DNA of 58,669 bases from a virus (taxonomy: Duplodnaviria > Caudoviricetes): IMG/VR virus record IMGVR_UViG_3300046804_003055, positions 1-58,669 of that record. The stretch is one strand, 5' to 3'. A program made the position numbers and the translations under genes. How positions within the stretch are numbered: the first letter of the stretch is position 1; every line of letters begins with the position of its first letter. Shown here one piece after another: positions 46,719-55,409 of this stretch. A model generated the notes under the pieces. It was given only the letters and a program-made list of their open reading frames with translations. It did no database searches and was not told the origin of the DNA.

Positions 46719-47380
46719 TGTACGATATTGTTTTTATAAGTTATAACGAACTCAATGCAGAAGAAAATTATGCAAGATTGAAAGAACGATTTCCTTTAGC
46801 TAAACGTGTTAATGGAGTTAAGGGCATACATCAAGCCCATATAGCTGCCGCAAAAAAAGCATTTACTCCTATGTTTTGGGTAGTAGATGGAGATGCTGAA
46901 ATTTTAGATACATTTAAATTTGACCATGTTGCATCCGAATGGGACCAAGACGTTGTTCACGTATGGCGCAGCCGTAATCCTGTCAATGGGCTTGAATACG
47001 GATATGGAGGAGTTAAATTATTACCTCGTAAACTAACTTTAGAAATGGATGTTAATAGTGTAGATATGACTTTGGCAATTAGTAGTAAGTTTAAAGCAAT
47101 GGATGATGTTAGTAATATCACAGCCTTTAATACTGATCCTTTTAGCACCTGGAGGTCAGCATTTAGAGAATGTTGTAAGTTGTCAATTATTAATAATGAA
47201 GAATCTATAATTCGTCTAAGACGCTGGTGTACAATTGGCCCAGACGAAATAGCAATAGCAGGCGCACTCGCCGGAAAAGAATACGGTGAAAAAAATGCCT
47301 CCAATAAGGAGGCGCTTTCTAAAATAAATGATTTTAATTGGCTACAAGATCTGTGGCTAAAGGAAAAACCTCAGCAATAA
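46718..47380 (+). CDS. GT2-like glycosyltransferase
   Basis: IVFISYNELNA...RVNGVKG...FWVVDGD; TWRSAFREC. Confidence 0.6.
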   Translation: MYDIVFISYNELNAEENYARLKERFPLAKRVNGVKGIHQAHIAAAKKAFTPMFWVVDGDAEILDTFKFDHVASEWDQDVVHVWRSRNPVNGLEYGYGGVKLLPRKLTLEMDVNSVDMTLAISSKFKAMDDVSNITAFNTDPFSTWRSAFRECCKLSIINNEESIIRLRRWCTIGPDEIAIAGALAGKEYGEKNASNKEALSKINDFNWLQDLWLKEKPQQ

Positions 47381-48017
47381 CTTTTGCGCAGGCTATAGCA
47401 ATATTTTGATGTTCTAATTGTGTTCCGTTACCACTACGTAACTCAATAAAATGAACCCAACTACGTAGTGTACCGTTCATATACAAACGGCTTTCAATTA
47501 ACCCTTCTGGCAATACAGCACGAGCTTGCTCTTTAGCAATACCATTGGCAATTGCCCATTCATACGCTTCTCGACTTTTCTTAATAAGATCTCTTTGAAT
47601 ATTTTCCCAACCTGCGGCCAAGAAACGATCATCATCATTATTAAGATTTAATCCTATACTGTTTTGTCGATTTTTCTCATCTTGGCGTCGTGCGTCTCTG
47701 AGTACAAAGTTGAGATCTTTTGTTGGGTCTGCGTAACGCTGACTAAACTCTTGGAAACTAAAACTTCTGTGTCTAAGGATTTGCCGTGCAATATCTCGTG
47801 TCGTCGTAATTTCCAAGCAAGCTGAAACCATTTCGAGTGGGCTCCAGTGCTGATGTCTAACGAGGTACTTAATGAGCTTTTCTGAAGTGTCAGTGTTGAA
47901 CTGGTTACTTGGGTTTGAGACACGGGCGCAGTAGGCAATGAGTTCTTGAGCATCATCGATTCCCATGTTTGCAAATTCGTTTGTTGGCTGTGAATAGGAT
48001 AGGAGTTTAACATTCAT
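47334..48017 (-). CDS. thyX: Flavin-dependent thymidylate synthase
   Basis: RHRSFSFQEFSQRY motif; HWSPLE; EQARAVLP; LRSWVHFIELR. Confidence 0.95.
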   Translation of the reverse strand: MNVKLLSYSQPTNEFANMGIDDAQELIAYCARVSNPSNQFNTDTSEKLIKYLVRHQHWSPLEMVSACLEITTTRDIARQILRHRSFSFQEFSQRYADPTKDLNFVLRDARRQDEKNRQNSIGLNLNNDDDRFLAAGWENIQRDLIKKSREAYEWAIANGIAKEQARAVLPEGLIESRLYMNGTLRSWVHFIELRSGNGTQLEHQNIAIACAKVIAEVFPLATDLVAN

Positions 48018-48337
48018 TATAATTTTTTCTTTTTAAGAAATTTTTTAGTTGACTGTTCGATATCTTTTCTTATTTTTAAAGTGTCTATCTTAAAATCTAT
48101 GTTGTCGATTCTATGCTCGTACGATCTACATAAATCTGATAGATTTTTTTCAAACACTTGCCAGCCTTCTTTTTTAGTAGAAGTAGTTATACGTATTTCC
48201 CAAGTTTTTCCGTCTTTAAAATTTATTAAGACAGCTTGGAGATATTTTAAGGGTAATACGTTTAGTTCAACATCATTAAAAACTTCTGGCCAATGTTCAA
48301 TTATTTCTTTTGAAAGGATGCGCCCAGAAATCGTCAC
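48017..48337 (-). CDS. Hypothetical protein
   Basis: ORF coupled to both neighbours. Confidence 0.7.
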   Translation of the reverse strand: MTISGRILSKEIIEHWPEVFNDVELNVLPLKYLQAVLINFKDGKTWEIRITTSTKKEGWQVFEKNLSDLCRSYEHRIDNIDFKIDTLKIRKDIEQSTKKFLKKKKL

Positions 48338-48978
48338 TTTGTTTTTTTAGTTGGTACTAGTTCTTCTGCTTTTCTACGAAATGCTGCCGCCTCTTTTGCT
48401 AATTTATCAGCTTGGCTTCTATAAAATTTAGCTTCAGAATCTACAGAATCAAATGTTGTAGGCATAGCCATCGATGTTGGCATGCTACTATTATCAACGC
48501 CGTCCCCTGAGCTAGTTGTCTTAGCCGCTGGGTTGTCGTTGTTTTTTGTTTTTGGAATATCTAATTCCTTTGTCTGCTCTACAGGGGTAGAAGGACGCAC
48601 TGATAATTCGTCTACAGCTACACCACGTTGTTCAGCAATAATCTGATTTAACTCAGACAATAGAACTGAAAAACCTGTAGTAGGAGTCATTTCTATAGCA
48701 CTTGTAGGAGCCTTAATTAGTCTTCCAGTAGTATGTAATGTTCTAAGCATATTAGATCCATCTGGAAAGAAATTTCTATCTAATGCTTCTGCAAACTCGT
48801 AAGATTCTTGTCCAGCGGCACTCTCTACTAAATTTATAAGAGAATTATGATATGTATCTGGCAAATTTTCTGTAGGAACGATTAAGCAATAATGTGCGTC
48901 GCCTGGCAATGTTCTGTAGGCAACGACACATTTTTTATTGGTAGCACTTACTCTACCTACGTGTTTTAATTCAGCCAT
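48334..48978 (-). CDS. Hypothetical protein
   Basis: ORF; start moved to ATG 48978 (AGGAG RBS). Confidence 0.7.
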   Translation of the reverse strand: MAELKHVGRVSATNKKCVVAYRTLPGDAHYCLIVPTENLPDTYHNSLINLVESAAGQESYEFAEALDRNFFPDGSNMLRTLHTTGRLIKAPTSAIEMTPTTGFSVLLSELNQIIAEQRGVAVDELSVRPSTPVEQTKELDIPKTKNNDNPAAKTTSSGDGVDNSSMPTSMAMPTTFDSVDSEAKFYRSQADKLAKEAAAFRRKAEELVPTKKTK

Positions 48979-48979
48979 A

Positions 48980-49210
48980 TTAAGCTCCTGGTGTTTGTGC
49001 AGATTGCTGTTTTGATACTGCATCTAAGAAAGCAGTTAGTTTAGTATAAGTTTGGCCAACAGCCATCATTTCGTTTGGTTTAAAAGCACCCCTAGAACTA
49101 GCTATGTCAATGATTACTTTCATAGCATTTAAGTCGTTTATAGACAGATCATTAGATGCTTGCTCTTGTTCTTGTTCTGTTGCTTCTGATTGTTGTGTTT
49201 GTTCGGTCAT
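48980..49210 (-). CDS. Hypothetical protein
   Basis: AAGGAG RBS; IIDIASSRGAFK core. Confidence 0.7.
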   Translation of the reverse strand: MTEQTQQSEATEQEQEQASNDLSINDLNAMKVIIDIASSRGAFKPNEMMAVGQTYTKLTAFLDAVSKQQSAQTPGA

Positions 49211-49244
49211 AATATCTCCTTAAAATACACGTATATAATTATCT

Positions 49245-49526
49245 TTAATTTTGAAACGGACAAGCAATCTTGAAAAAACTTAATTCTTTTTCAACTTCAA
49301 AACCAACTTCTGTTACATATACAAACGAGTTAGTATAATCTAACGTAAGTCCTTGCCCTATATAATATCGATTATTTAAATTTGCTTTAATCCACTCATC
49401 TATGTTAGATACTATAGTGGGATTATATCTGTTGATTTTGGTATAAACAAAATGTGGTGGGGCAAACTCAACCCTGCGTAAGTTAAAGTAATTTAAAGGA
49501 TTGGGTTTGCCTGCCTTTAATGTCAT
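49245..49526 (-). CDS. Hypothetical protein
   Basis: ORF with ATGA overlap to the vWA gene. Confidence 0.65.
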   Translation of the reverse strand: MTLKAGKPNPLNYFNLRRVEFAPPHFVYTKINRYNPTIVSNIDEWIKANLNNRYYIGQGLTLDYTNSFVYVTEVGFEVEKELSFFKIACPFQN

Positions 49527-50707
49527 GCAGTCTCTTTTAATGCTTCGTAATAAGCATATTCGCCAAATGGTGGAATAATATCGTTGCTACCGTGAATAAT
49601 AAAAACGGTATCACAGTAATCAGGATCTCCCCAAGTACCACATGGATACCCATCTGTAAACATGATAAACTTTTTAGGATTAATATCATGCCTAGACATG
49701 TATTTCCAATTGGCTTCAAATGCAGTACCGCCACCGCCCATTGGCTCATATTCATCGAACTCTTCCATGCTATAACCGTCATAGTCTTGTTCGTTATATA
49801 CTTTAGTATCAAAGCACCAGAGTTTAATTTTAAAATCTTTATATTCTTGCATGATGCCTTTGATTTCACTTAAGAAGTCTTTAGCCTGTTCATTACTAAT
49901 AGAACCACTCATATCAATACTAACGCAAATATCGATAGTCTCTTGAAATTGTTGACCCGGCAAAATTGCGTTTAGATGCCAACCTTTACGGTTAGGACGC
50001 AAGAAACTAAAATCATCTTTAATAGTACTTTGGATTTGTTGACGCAAAATTTCACGCCAATTCATTTTAGGTTCAGTAAATTCTTTGATCATTCGTTGAA
50101 TTGATGCAGGAACATTGCCCGCACCCGCAGCCTGTGCCGCCGCCACTGTAGCTTCACGAATTTCATCACGAATTTCTTTTAATTGTTCTTTTGTATATTT
50201 TGGCTGGCCATTCTTACCATCTTTAGACCAGTCAATATGTTCGTCTAGTAGCTGGCCTAATGCTTGAAGTTGTTCCTCATCCATCTTATCATAGATTTCA
50301 TCGTAAACTTGTTCAGCACTCTTGCCATAATGAGCAGAATCGTGGAAGATTTTGATGTCGGGAATATTGTGGTCACCAATTTTATCTCGAACCAATTGTC
50401 CGTTTACACAATAGTCAGCGGCAATGTTCCATATATTTTTTTCTCGGCCCTCTACCCTTAGCATATGGTCGAATACATTATGCAAAATTTCATGTGCAAT
50501 AACAAATTCGACCTGTTTTGTACTAAGTTTTTCAAAAAATTCACGGTTAAAATAGATATGGCGACCGTCAGTTGCGGCAGTAGGCAACCACTCACCACCT
50601 TCTTCAATTTTCAAACGTGTTGCCATGTTGCCGAAGAATGGATGTCTTAGTAGCAATGCTACACGAGCTACAATAATTTTGTCGATAATTGGATCAGAAT
50701 GTGCCAT
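49523..50707 (-). CDS. Metallopeptidase-like (HExxH) plus vWA domain protein (DUF2201-like)
   Basis: TAATDG, AHEILH, WNIAADY; MIDAS DMSGS; GGGGT; FTDG. Confidence 0.85.
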   Translation of the reverse strand: MAHSDPIIDKIIVARVALLLRHPFFGNMATRLKIEEGGEWLPTAATDGRHIYFNREFFEKLSTKQVEFVIAHEILHNVFDHMLRVEGREKNIWNIAADYCVNGQLVRDKIGDHNIPDIKIFHDSAHYGKSAEQVYDEIYDKMDEEQLQALGQLLDEHIDWSKDGKNGQPKYTKEQLKEIRDEIREATVAAAQAAGAGNVPASIQRMIKEFTEPKMNWREILRQQIQSTIKDDFSFLRPNRKGWHLNAILPGQQFQETIDICVSIDMSGSISNEQAKDFLSEIKGIMQEYKDFKIKLWCFDTKVYNEQDYDGYSMEEFDEYEPMGGGGTAFEANWKYMSRHDINPKKFIMFTDGYPCGTWGDPDYCDTVFIIHGSNDIIPPFGEYAYYEALKETA

Positions 50708-50734
50708 TGTATTTCCTATTTTGCTGATGTTTAA

Positions 50735-50763
50735 ATTATAACAGGACCCACAGGTCCTGTCAA
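50735..50763 (-). promoter_or_regulatory. Consensus sigma70 promoter with an 8-bp inverted repeat in the spacer
   Basis: TTGACA (50763-50758), 17-nt spacer, TATAAT (50740-50735); ACAGGACC-caca-GGTCCTGT at 50741-50760. Confidence 0.8.
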
Positions 50764-50779
50764 TTAACTTTCCATCGAT

Positions 50780-51874
50780 TTACTTTTCAGTTGCGGCTGA
50801 AATATATTTACCGAACTTGGCATGGAAGTCATCAAAGCAGGCAATTTCGTCCGGATCCAATGGTAATTTGTACTGGCTAAGAGCAACTTTTGTACCCATA
50901 ATAACAAGCTCAGTTTCAAAATTATCCATCATAAAACTGAAGAAGTTGTTAACTTGACTATTCCAAAATTTGTTAGAACCATTCTTATCACAAGAATCTT
51001 TTAGCTCATAGCAAAGGCTAATAACCAAGGAATATTGTGCTGAAATCTCTTTAGATTCCATCTTCTTAACCTTACCACTCAAAATGTCAGAGGGGTTAGG
51101 CATCTTACTGGCGTGTTTACGGTGAGCCATAAACTTAACAGCAAGTCCTTCACCAATTGAACCACTTACTAAGTCTGTAAGTGTATCGGTATCTACGTCG
51201 TCATCTGTAAGAAGTTCGCTTACAAATGACCAAGAGCGAGGTGTAGCAAATGCTCTCGAGCCTGACTTAGGATCAAAGTCGTACAGGTCTTTTTTGCTGA
51301 AAGAAAGGAAACCTACAACATCTTTATGGATTTTGTTTTCAGTAGCCCACTCAAAGTAGTCATCAAAGTCAACTGCCATTTCCAAGTGAACAAAACGGTT
51401 AGCCAACGGAGCAGGCATACGATAAGTAACACCCTTATCACTTTCACGGTTACCCGCCGCTACCATAACAACATTGTCTGGCAATTCGTATGCACCGACT
51501 TTGCGATTGAGAACGAGCTGATAGGCCGCCGCCTGTACAGCAGGAGCCGCAGAGTTCATTTCGTCCATGAACAGAACAATGTTTTTGTGCTTAGACGCCA
51601 TTTCTGCATCAGGCAGTTCGGCAGGCGGAGCCCAAACCATTTTACTAGTGTTTGAGTCAAAGTATGGAATGCCTTTAATATCTGTCGGCTCCCACAAGCT
51701 CAAACGAACATCAATAACGTGCGCATTAAGTTCGGAACCTAATTGCTTAATAATGTCCGATTTACCAATACCTGGAGGACCCCACAAGAAAATTGGGCGT
51801 TTGTTTTTGAATGCTTTACGTAGGGACTTTTTTGCATTTTTCGGTCCAACTGTACGACTGATAATTTCTGCCAT
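50780..51874 (-). CDS. MoxR-like AAA+ ATPase
   Basis: GPPGIGKS, LFMDEMN, AAGNR, LANRFVH, TPRSW. Confidence 0.9.
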   Translation of the reverse strand: MAEIISRTVGPKNAKKSLRKAFKNKRPIFLWGPPGIGKSDIIKQLGSELNAHVIDVRLSLWEPTDIKGIPYFDSNTSKMVWAPPAELPDAEMASKHKNIVLFMDEMNSAAPAVQAAAYQLVLNRKVGAYELPDNVVMVAAGNRESDKGVTYRMPAPLANRFVHLEMAVDFDDYFEWATENKIHKDVVGFLSFSKKDLYDFDPKSGSRAFATPRSWSFVSELLTDDDVDTDTLTDLVSGSIGEGLAVKFMAHRKHASKMPNPSDILSGKVKKMESKEISAQYSLVISLCYELKDSCDKNGSNKFWNSQVNNFFSFMMDNFETELVIMGTKVALSQYKLPLDPDEIACFDDFHAKFGKYISAATEK

Positions 51875-51912
51875 TGTGTTTCCTAAGAGGGTTAATAAAA
51901 ATTTGTAACCTT

Positions 51913-51941
51913 ATTATATGTAATAAGCATTAGATTGTCAA
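51913..51941 (-). promoter_or_regulatory. Consensus sigma70 promoter
   Basis: TTGACA (51941-51936), 17-nt spacer, TATAAT (51918-51913). Confidence 0.85.
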
Positions 51942-52349
51942 TCATATTTCGGCATTATTTACGTCATTTTGGCGTTCATTTATTGCTTTAACTAATCCAT
52001 ATTTTCGGATATCGTCCGAAAACAAAAATAGCTCAAAACTTTTTCTTTCAGAAAAAACACTTATACTTTCTTGTGTCAAGTAATATGGACAATCAATATA
52101 CTTTTCAAGAAAGATTATTGTTTGGGGACTTAATTCTATTGGTTCTGTGAATGGAATTTCATACATTTTGATTTCTAACGTATTAGTTAAAAACTCAAAA
52201 CCTTCATCAGTTAATCTAAGGGCAGTTGGCTTGTTGACTCTATTTGATTGCCACCATTTTCTAGAAAATAATTTAACATTTGCTTCATCAATACTCTTAC
52301 CCCACTGTTGCAGGAATATTTTAGTAAGAACATCTCTTGTTAAATTCAT
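51942..52349 (-). CDS. Hypothetical protein
   Basis: ORF in the operon; LRLTDEG motif. Confidence 0.7.
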   Translation of the reverse strand: MNLTRDVLTKIFLQQWGKSIDEANVKLFSRKWWQSNRVNKPTALRLTDEGFEFLTNTLEIKMYEIPFTEPIELSPQTIIFLEKYIDCPYYLTQESISVFSERKSFELFLFSDDIRKYGLVKAINERQNDVNNAEI

Positions 52350-52630
52350 GAAATAATAGTTCCTTGAGTTAACTTTACAACTTGGAAGTCTTTTGTACCA
52401 AATGTTAAATTTAATTTTTTAGCAAGATTATGAGCATGACCGGGATTAGAGAACGATACCTTTTTGTATTTTGGCCCAGGGTAGCTTACAATACTACTAA
52501 AACTTTTAAGATTGAATGGCTCACCCTTATAAAAGACCGCCCAGATAGCTTCTGCCTCCAAAATTTGTTCAGATTTGTATGTTTTTTTATTTGTGTATTC
52601 AAGTAAAATTTTTGGTTTAGGTCTGCTCAT
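52346..52630 (-). CDS. Hypothetical basic protein (MSRPKPKILLEY...)
   Basis: Start moved to ATG 52630 (GAGGA RBS). Confidence 0.7.
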   Translation of the reverse strand: MSRPKPKILLEYTNKKTYKSEQILEAEAIWAVFYKGEPFNLKSFSSIVSYPGPKYKKVSFSNPGHAHNLAKKLNLTFGTKDFQVVKLTQGTIIS

Positions 52631-52665
52631 ATGCGTATCCTCATTATCTACGCATATATTTATCT
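52629..52665 (-). promoter_or_regulatory. Late promoter overlapping a hairpin that occludes the translation start
   Basis: TAAATA at 52662-52657; 9-bp stem ATATGCGTA/TACGCATAT enclosing GAGGA and pairing the AT of the ATG. Confidence 0.65.
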
Positions 52666-52919
52666 TATTTTGGCTGTTCGAATCCACCACCATCTAATTG
52701 TATACTAATTACTTCTGGATTGGATGCTTTTTTCAATAAATTAAACAATGATTCGTAATCTTGATTTAATTTGTCTAAAATTTCTAATAGTGTTAAATTA
52801 AGTGTCCTTGCTTGTTGAATAGATAATTTAACCTCTTTAGATTGATTTGCCTCAGCACTTTTTACAATTTGAGCAAACTGTGTTATAGGGGTTAAATTAA
52901 TCTGATTTTGCATTAGCAA
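52665..52919 (-). CDS. Hypothetical protein
   Basis: ORF; C-terminal LDGGGF. Confidence 0.65.
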   Translation of the reverse strand: MLMQNQINLTPITQFAQIVKSAEANQSKEVKLSIQQARTLNLTLLEILDKLNQDYESLFNLLKKASNPEVISIQLDGGGFEQPK

Positions 52920-53379
52920 GCACTGCCTTCATTTCTAATTCTGTCTTAAAAGGACCTTTAAATTCATTTCGTTCTAAAGTAATTAATTTAGGACAGAAAC
53001 TTTTAACCCAACCTTTATTAAATTTAATTATATAATAGCCTGCACAATACAAACTCTTACTAGCATTTGATTTGGTAAATAATGGTAACTTGCGTCTAAT
53101 ATCATACATAGCATTGTATGGTGAGCAACTGGTAACAAATCCGTGACACTCGTTAGGTTCTGTACTTGTAGATACCTTAATTTTTTTAACTGTTTGAAAA
53201 AAGTCCTTACCAAAATGTTTTTTTAAATCATCTTTTTTGTTAAAGAAAATTTCCCCAGTTGTGCTACTGAGTAAGAATTTATTGTTTTCTTTTTTGTGTA
53301 AAGTGGCAATTTTTACACCCGCTTCTTCTACAATCCAAAATTTGCCGTCTACAATTGGCTTTGCATGTATCTCTGTCAT
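52897..53379 (-). CDS. Hypothetical protein
   Basis: AGGGG RBS; SLYCAGYY..WVKSFCPK. Confidence 0.7.
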   Translation of the reverse strand: MTEIHAKPIVDGKFWIVEEAGVKIATLHKKENNKFLLSSTTGEIFFNKKDDLKKHFGKDFFQTVKKIKVSTSTEPNECHGFVTSCSPYNAMYDIRRKLPLFTKSNASKSLYCAGYYIIKFNKGWVKSFCPKLITLERNEFKGPFKTELEMKAVLANAKSD

Positions 53380-53396
53380 TTTAGTCCCCTTTATAA

Positions 53397-53438
53397 GAGC
53401 CCCGTAGGCACTCTATTAATGTACGCATATATTTATCT
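53397..53438 (-). promoter_or_regulatory. Late promoter followed by a cUACGg leader hairpin
   Basis: TAAATA at 53435-53430; AGAGU(G)CC-UACG-GGGCUCU stem in the 5' leader. Confidence 0.55.
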
Positions 53439-53444
53439 CTTATT

Positions 53445-53978
53445 TTAGTCGGTCTCGCCGCCTTCGCTGTCTGGGCCAAATGGCCAACTTGTACTTGGTG
53501 TCGGCCTTGTTCTTAATCCGACATTTTCTTCAATAACTGTACCGTCATCCTCGCACAAACTAACTTGATAAGGAGCATCGATAACAAGGTAGTCATCTTC
53601 AACTTGCCAATCATGATCACCGTCAAATAGCCAAGCCGCACCGCCACGTTCGTCATCGTCGTCCGGGTCACACTCCAAGTAACACTCTTTAATACGCTCT
53701 TGTTCTTCTTCGGATATATCATCGCTAAACTCAAACCAGCAAGCGTGTTGGTCGTCTAGTTCAGCACCCCATCCGCAGTCTGTTTTGGCGTATGCTTGGA
53801 TATCTCCTTCATAAGGCAAGTTACAATCCATATCTTCTTCAACAAAGCCTTGTCCCCAGCGATAGTGGTCATCAATATTAAACCAACTAATTGTACCGTC
53901 CGCATTTTCGCGGAACATTTCGATACGCCAGCAAATACTTTTCTTTTCTAGTGGTTTAATTAGATATACACGTGACAT
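53445..53978 (-). CDS. Hypothetical acidic protein
   Basis: Start moved to ATG 53978 (AAGGAG RBS); Asp/Glu-rich. Confidence 0.7.
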   Translation of the reverse strand: MSRVYLIKPLEKKSICWRIEMFRENADGTISWFNIDDHYRWGQGFVEEDMDCNLPYEGDIQAYAKTDCGWGAELDDQHACWFEFSDDISEEEQERIKECYLECDPDDDDERGGAAWLFDGDHDWQVEDDYLVIDAPYQVSLCEDDGTVIEENVGLRTRPTPSTSWPFGPDSEGGETD

Positions 53979-53979
53979 A

Positions 53980-54966
53980 TTATTCTCCTTGATACTTTGC
54001 TTGGAATGGCTCAGCATATTGCTGAATGTTATCTGCAATTTTTTTCATATCCCAAGTATTACAAAATTTTAGTAAGCGTATACCTACTTGAGAAATATTT
54101 TTTGGTATAGCATTATTTTTAACAGTTACGTCAATAATAGTTCTAATATCATCGGGTTGTGCAGATAAATCACATAGTTTGACATTACGCTGATAATCAT
54201 CTAACACACGGTGTTCTTGCCCATTGTGGTCAACCCACCTCTGAAGCATGAGATTGTTCCACGAATATCCTTTGGACTTACGGTCTTCGAACGCTTCAGT
54301 AAGCCCCACTTTGTTTTTACTGCCTTTAGTACGCACACCCGGATACGCTGAGAAGACATTATCACTGGTATCACCACGCATACATTTTTCAAATAAGAGC
54401 CATTCTGGATTCGGAACTTCTTTAGGCTCTTTTGTTTTCTTGTCGACAACAAGTTTACCTTTAGCATCAAAAATACCTTTATGTGTTATATGATGTTCTT
54501 GTACCCCATTGTACTGACTTACATTAGGAGCAATGAGCTGGTAAAAATCGCTATCTGTTGAAATGATAACGTGATCGTTATTTGGATGATTTTGGATAAA
54601 GCCAGCAATTAAATCATCTGCTTCTAGTTGAGGATGATGCAAGACTGTACAATTAGTTTTTTCGTTAATGAACGACTTAAATTCGTCAAACGCTTCCCAG
54701 AATACTTTATCTTCTTCTTGCTCTTTTTGGGTCATTGCCGCACGAGTTTCTTGTCTGTTGGCTTTGTAAGGCTTGTAAAAATCCTTACGCCAGCTACGAC
54801 CTTCGAGGCAGAATACTACATGACTACCATTAAAGTCTTGCCATGCTTTTTTGATCGAATTGAAAGTAATATGAAAGGCCATGCCGAGTTTAATATCGGA
54901 TGACCCTTGTATTACATGCCTTGCACGGAAAAATGTATTTGCCGTATCTACTAAAATATATGTCAT
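53980..54966 (-). CDS. rnh: 5'-3' exonuclease/RNase H (T4 rnh, FEN family)
   Basis: ILVD, SWRK...YKANR, EADDLIA, STDSDFYQL, RGDTSDNV. Confidence 0.9.
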   Translation of the reverse strand: MTYILVDTANTFFRARHVIQGSSDIKLGMAFHITFNSIKKAWQDFNGSHVVFCLEGRSWRKDFYKPYKANRQETRAAMTQKEQEEDKVFWEAFDEFKSFINEKTNCTVLHHPQLEADDLIAGFIQNHPNNDHVIISTDSDFYQLIAPNVSQYNGVQEHHITHKGIFDAKGKLVVDKKTKEPKEVPNPEWLLFEKCMRGDTSDNVFSAYPGVRTKGSKNKVGLTEAFEDRKSKGYSWNNLMLQRWVDHNGQEHRVLDDYQRNVKLCDLSAQPDDIRTIIDVTVKNNAIPKNISQVGIRLLKFCNTWDMKKIADNIQQYAEPFQAKYQGE

Positions 54967-55409
54967 TCTATCTGTGCCTTGCCACCAGCAAGTTTTGTTA
55001 CGTTGATATAACCTGCATTGTGTCTATTAGGCTCAGATACACCTGCTTCTGCTAGCATATTTAAAGCCAGCTCTCTAAACCACCTATCCACAATCTCTTC
55101 GTCCGGATCACCTTCAAAACCGTATCCAGCTTGTTTTAATTGTAAAATAAATTGTTCGTTCCAGTCAAGTTCAAAAAATCCATTTCTAATGTTTTCTTTA
55201 TTAACATGGGTATTTAAAACCGAAACCCAAGGTTCATTTTTAGCAGTTGCACGTTCTTTTGGGCTTAGTTTTGCCAATTCTTCTGCTTCTTGGGCTCGAA
55301 CTGTTTCGGCAATGGCTTTATCTCGGGCTTCTAGTAAAGCCTGTTTTTCTTCTTCCAGTTTTTCAATACCAAATATTTTCTTAATAAATTTTTTCATTAT
55401 GTACCCCAC
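54963..55409 (-). CDS. Hypothetical protein
   Basis: ORF; GFFELDWN..F, EEIVDRWF; start may be a few codons downstream. Confidence 0.7.
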   Translation of the reverse strand: MGYIMKKFIKKIFGIEKLEEEKQALLEARDKAIAETVRAQEAEELAKLSPKERATAKNEPWVSVLNTHVNKENIRNGFFELDWNEQFILQLKQAGYGFEGDPDEEIVDRWFRELALNMLAEAGVSEPNRHNAGYINVTKLAGGKAQIE

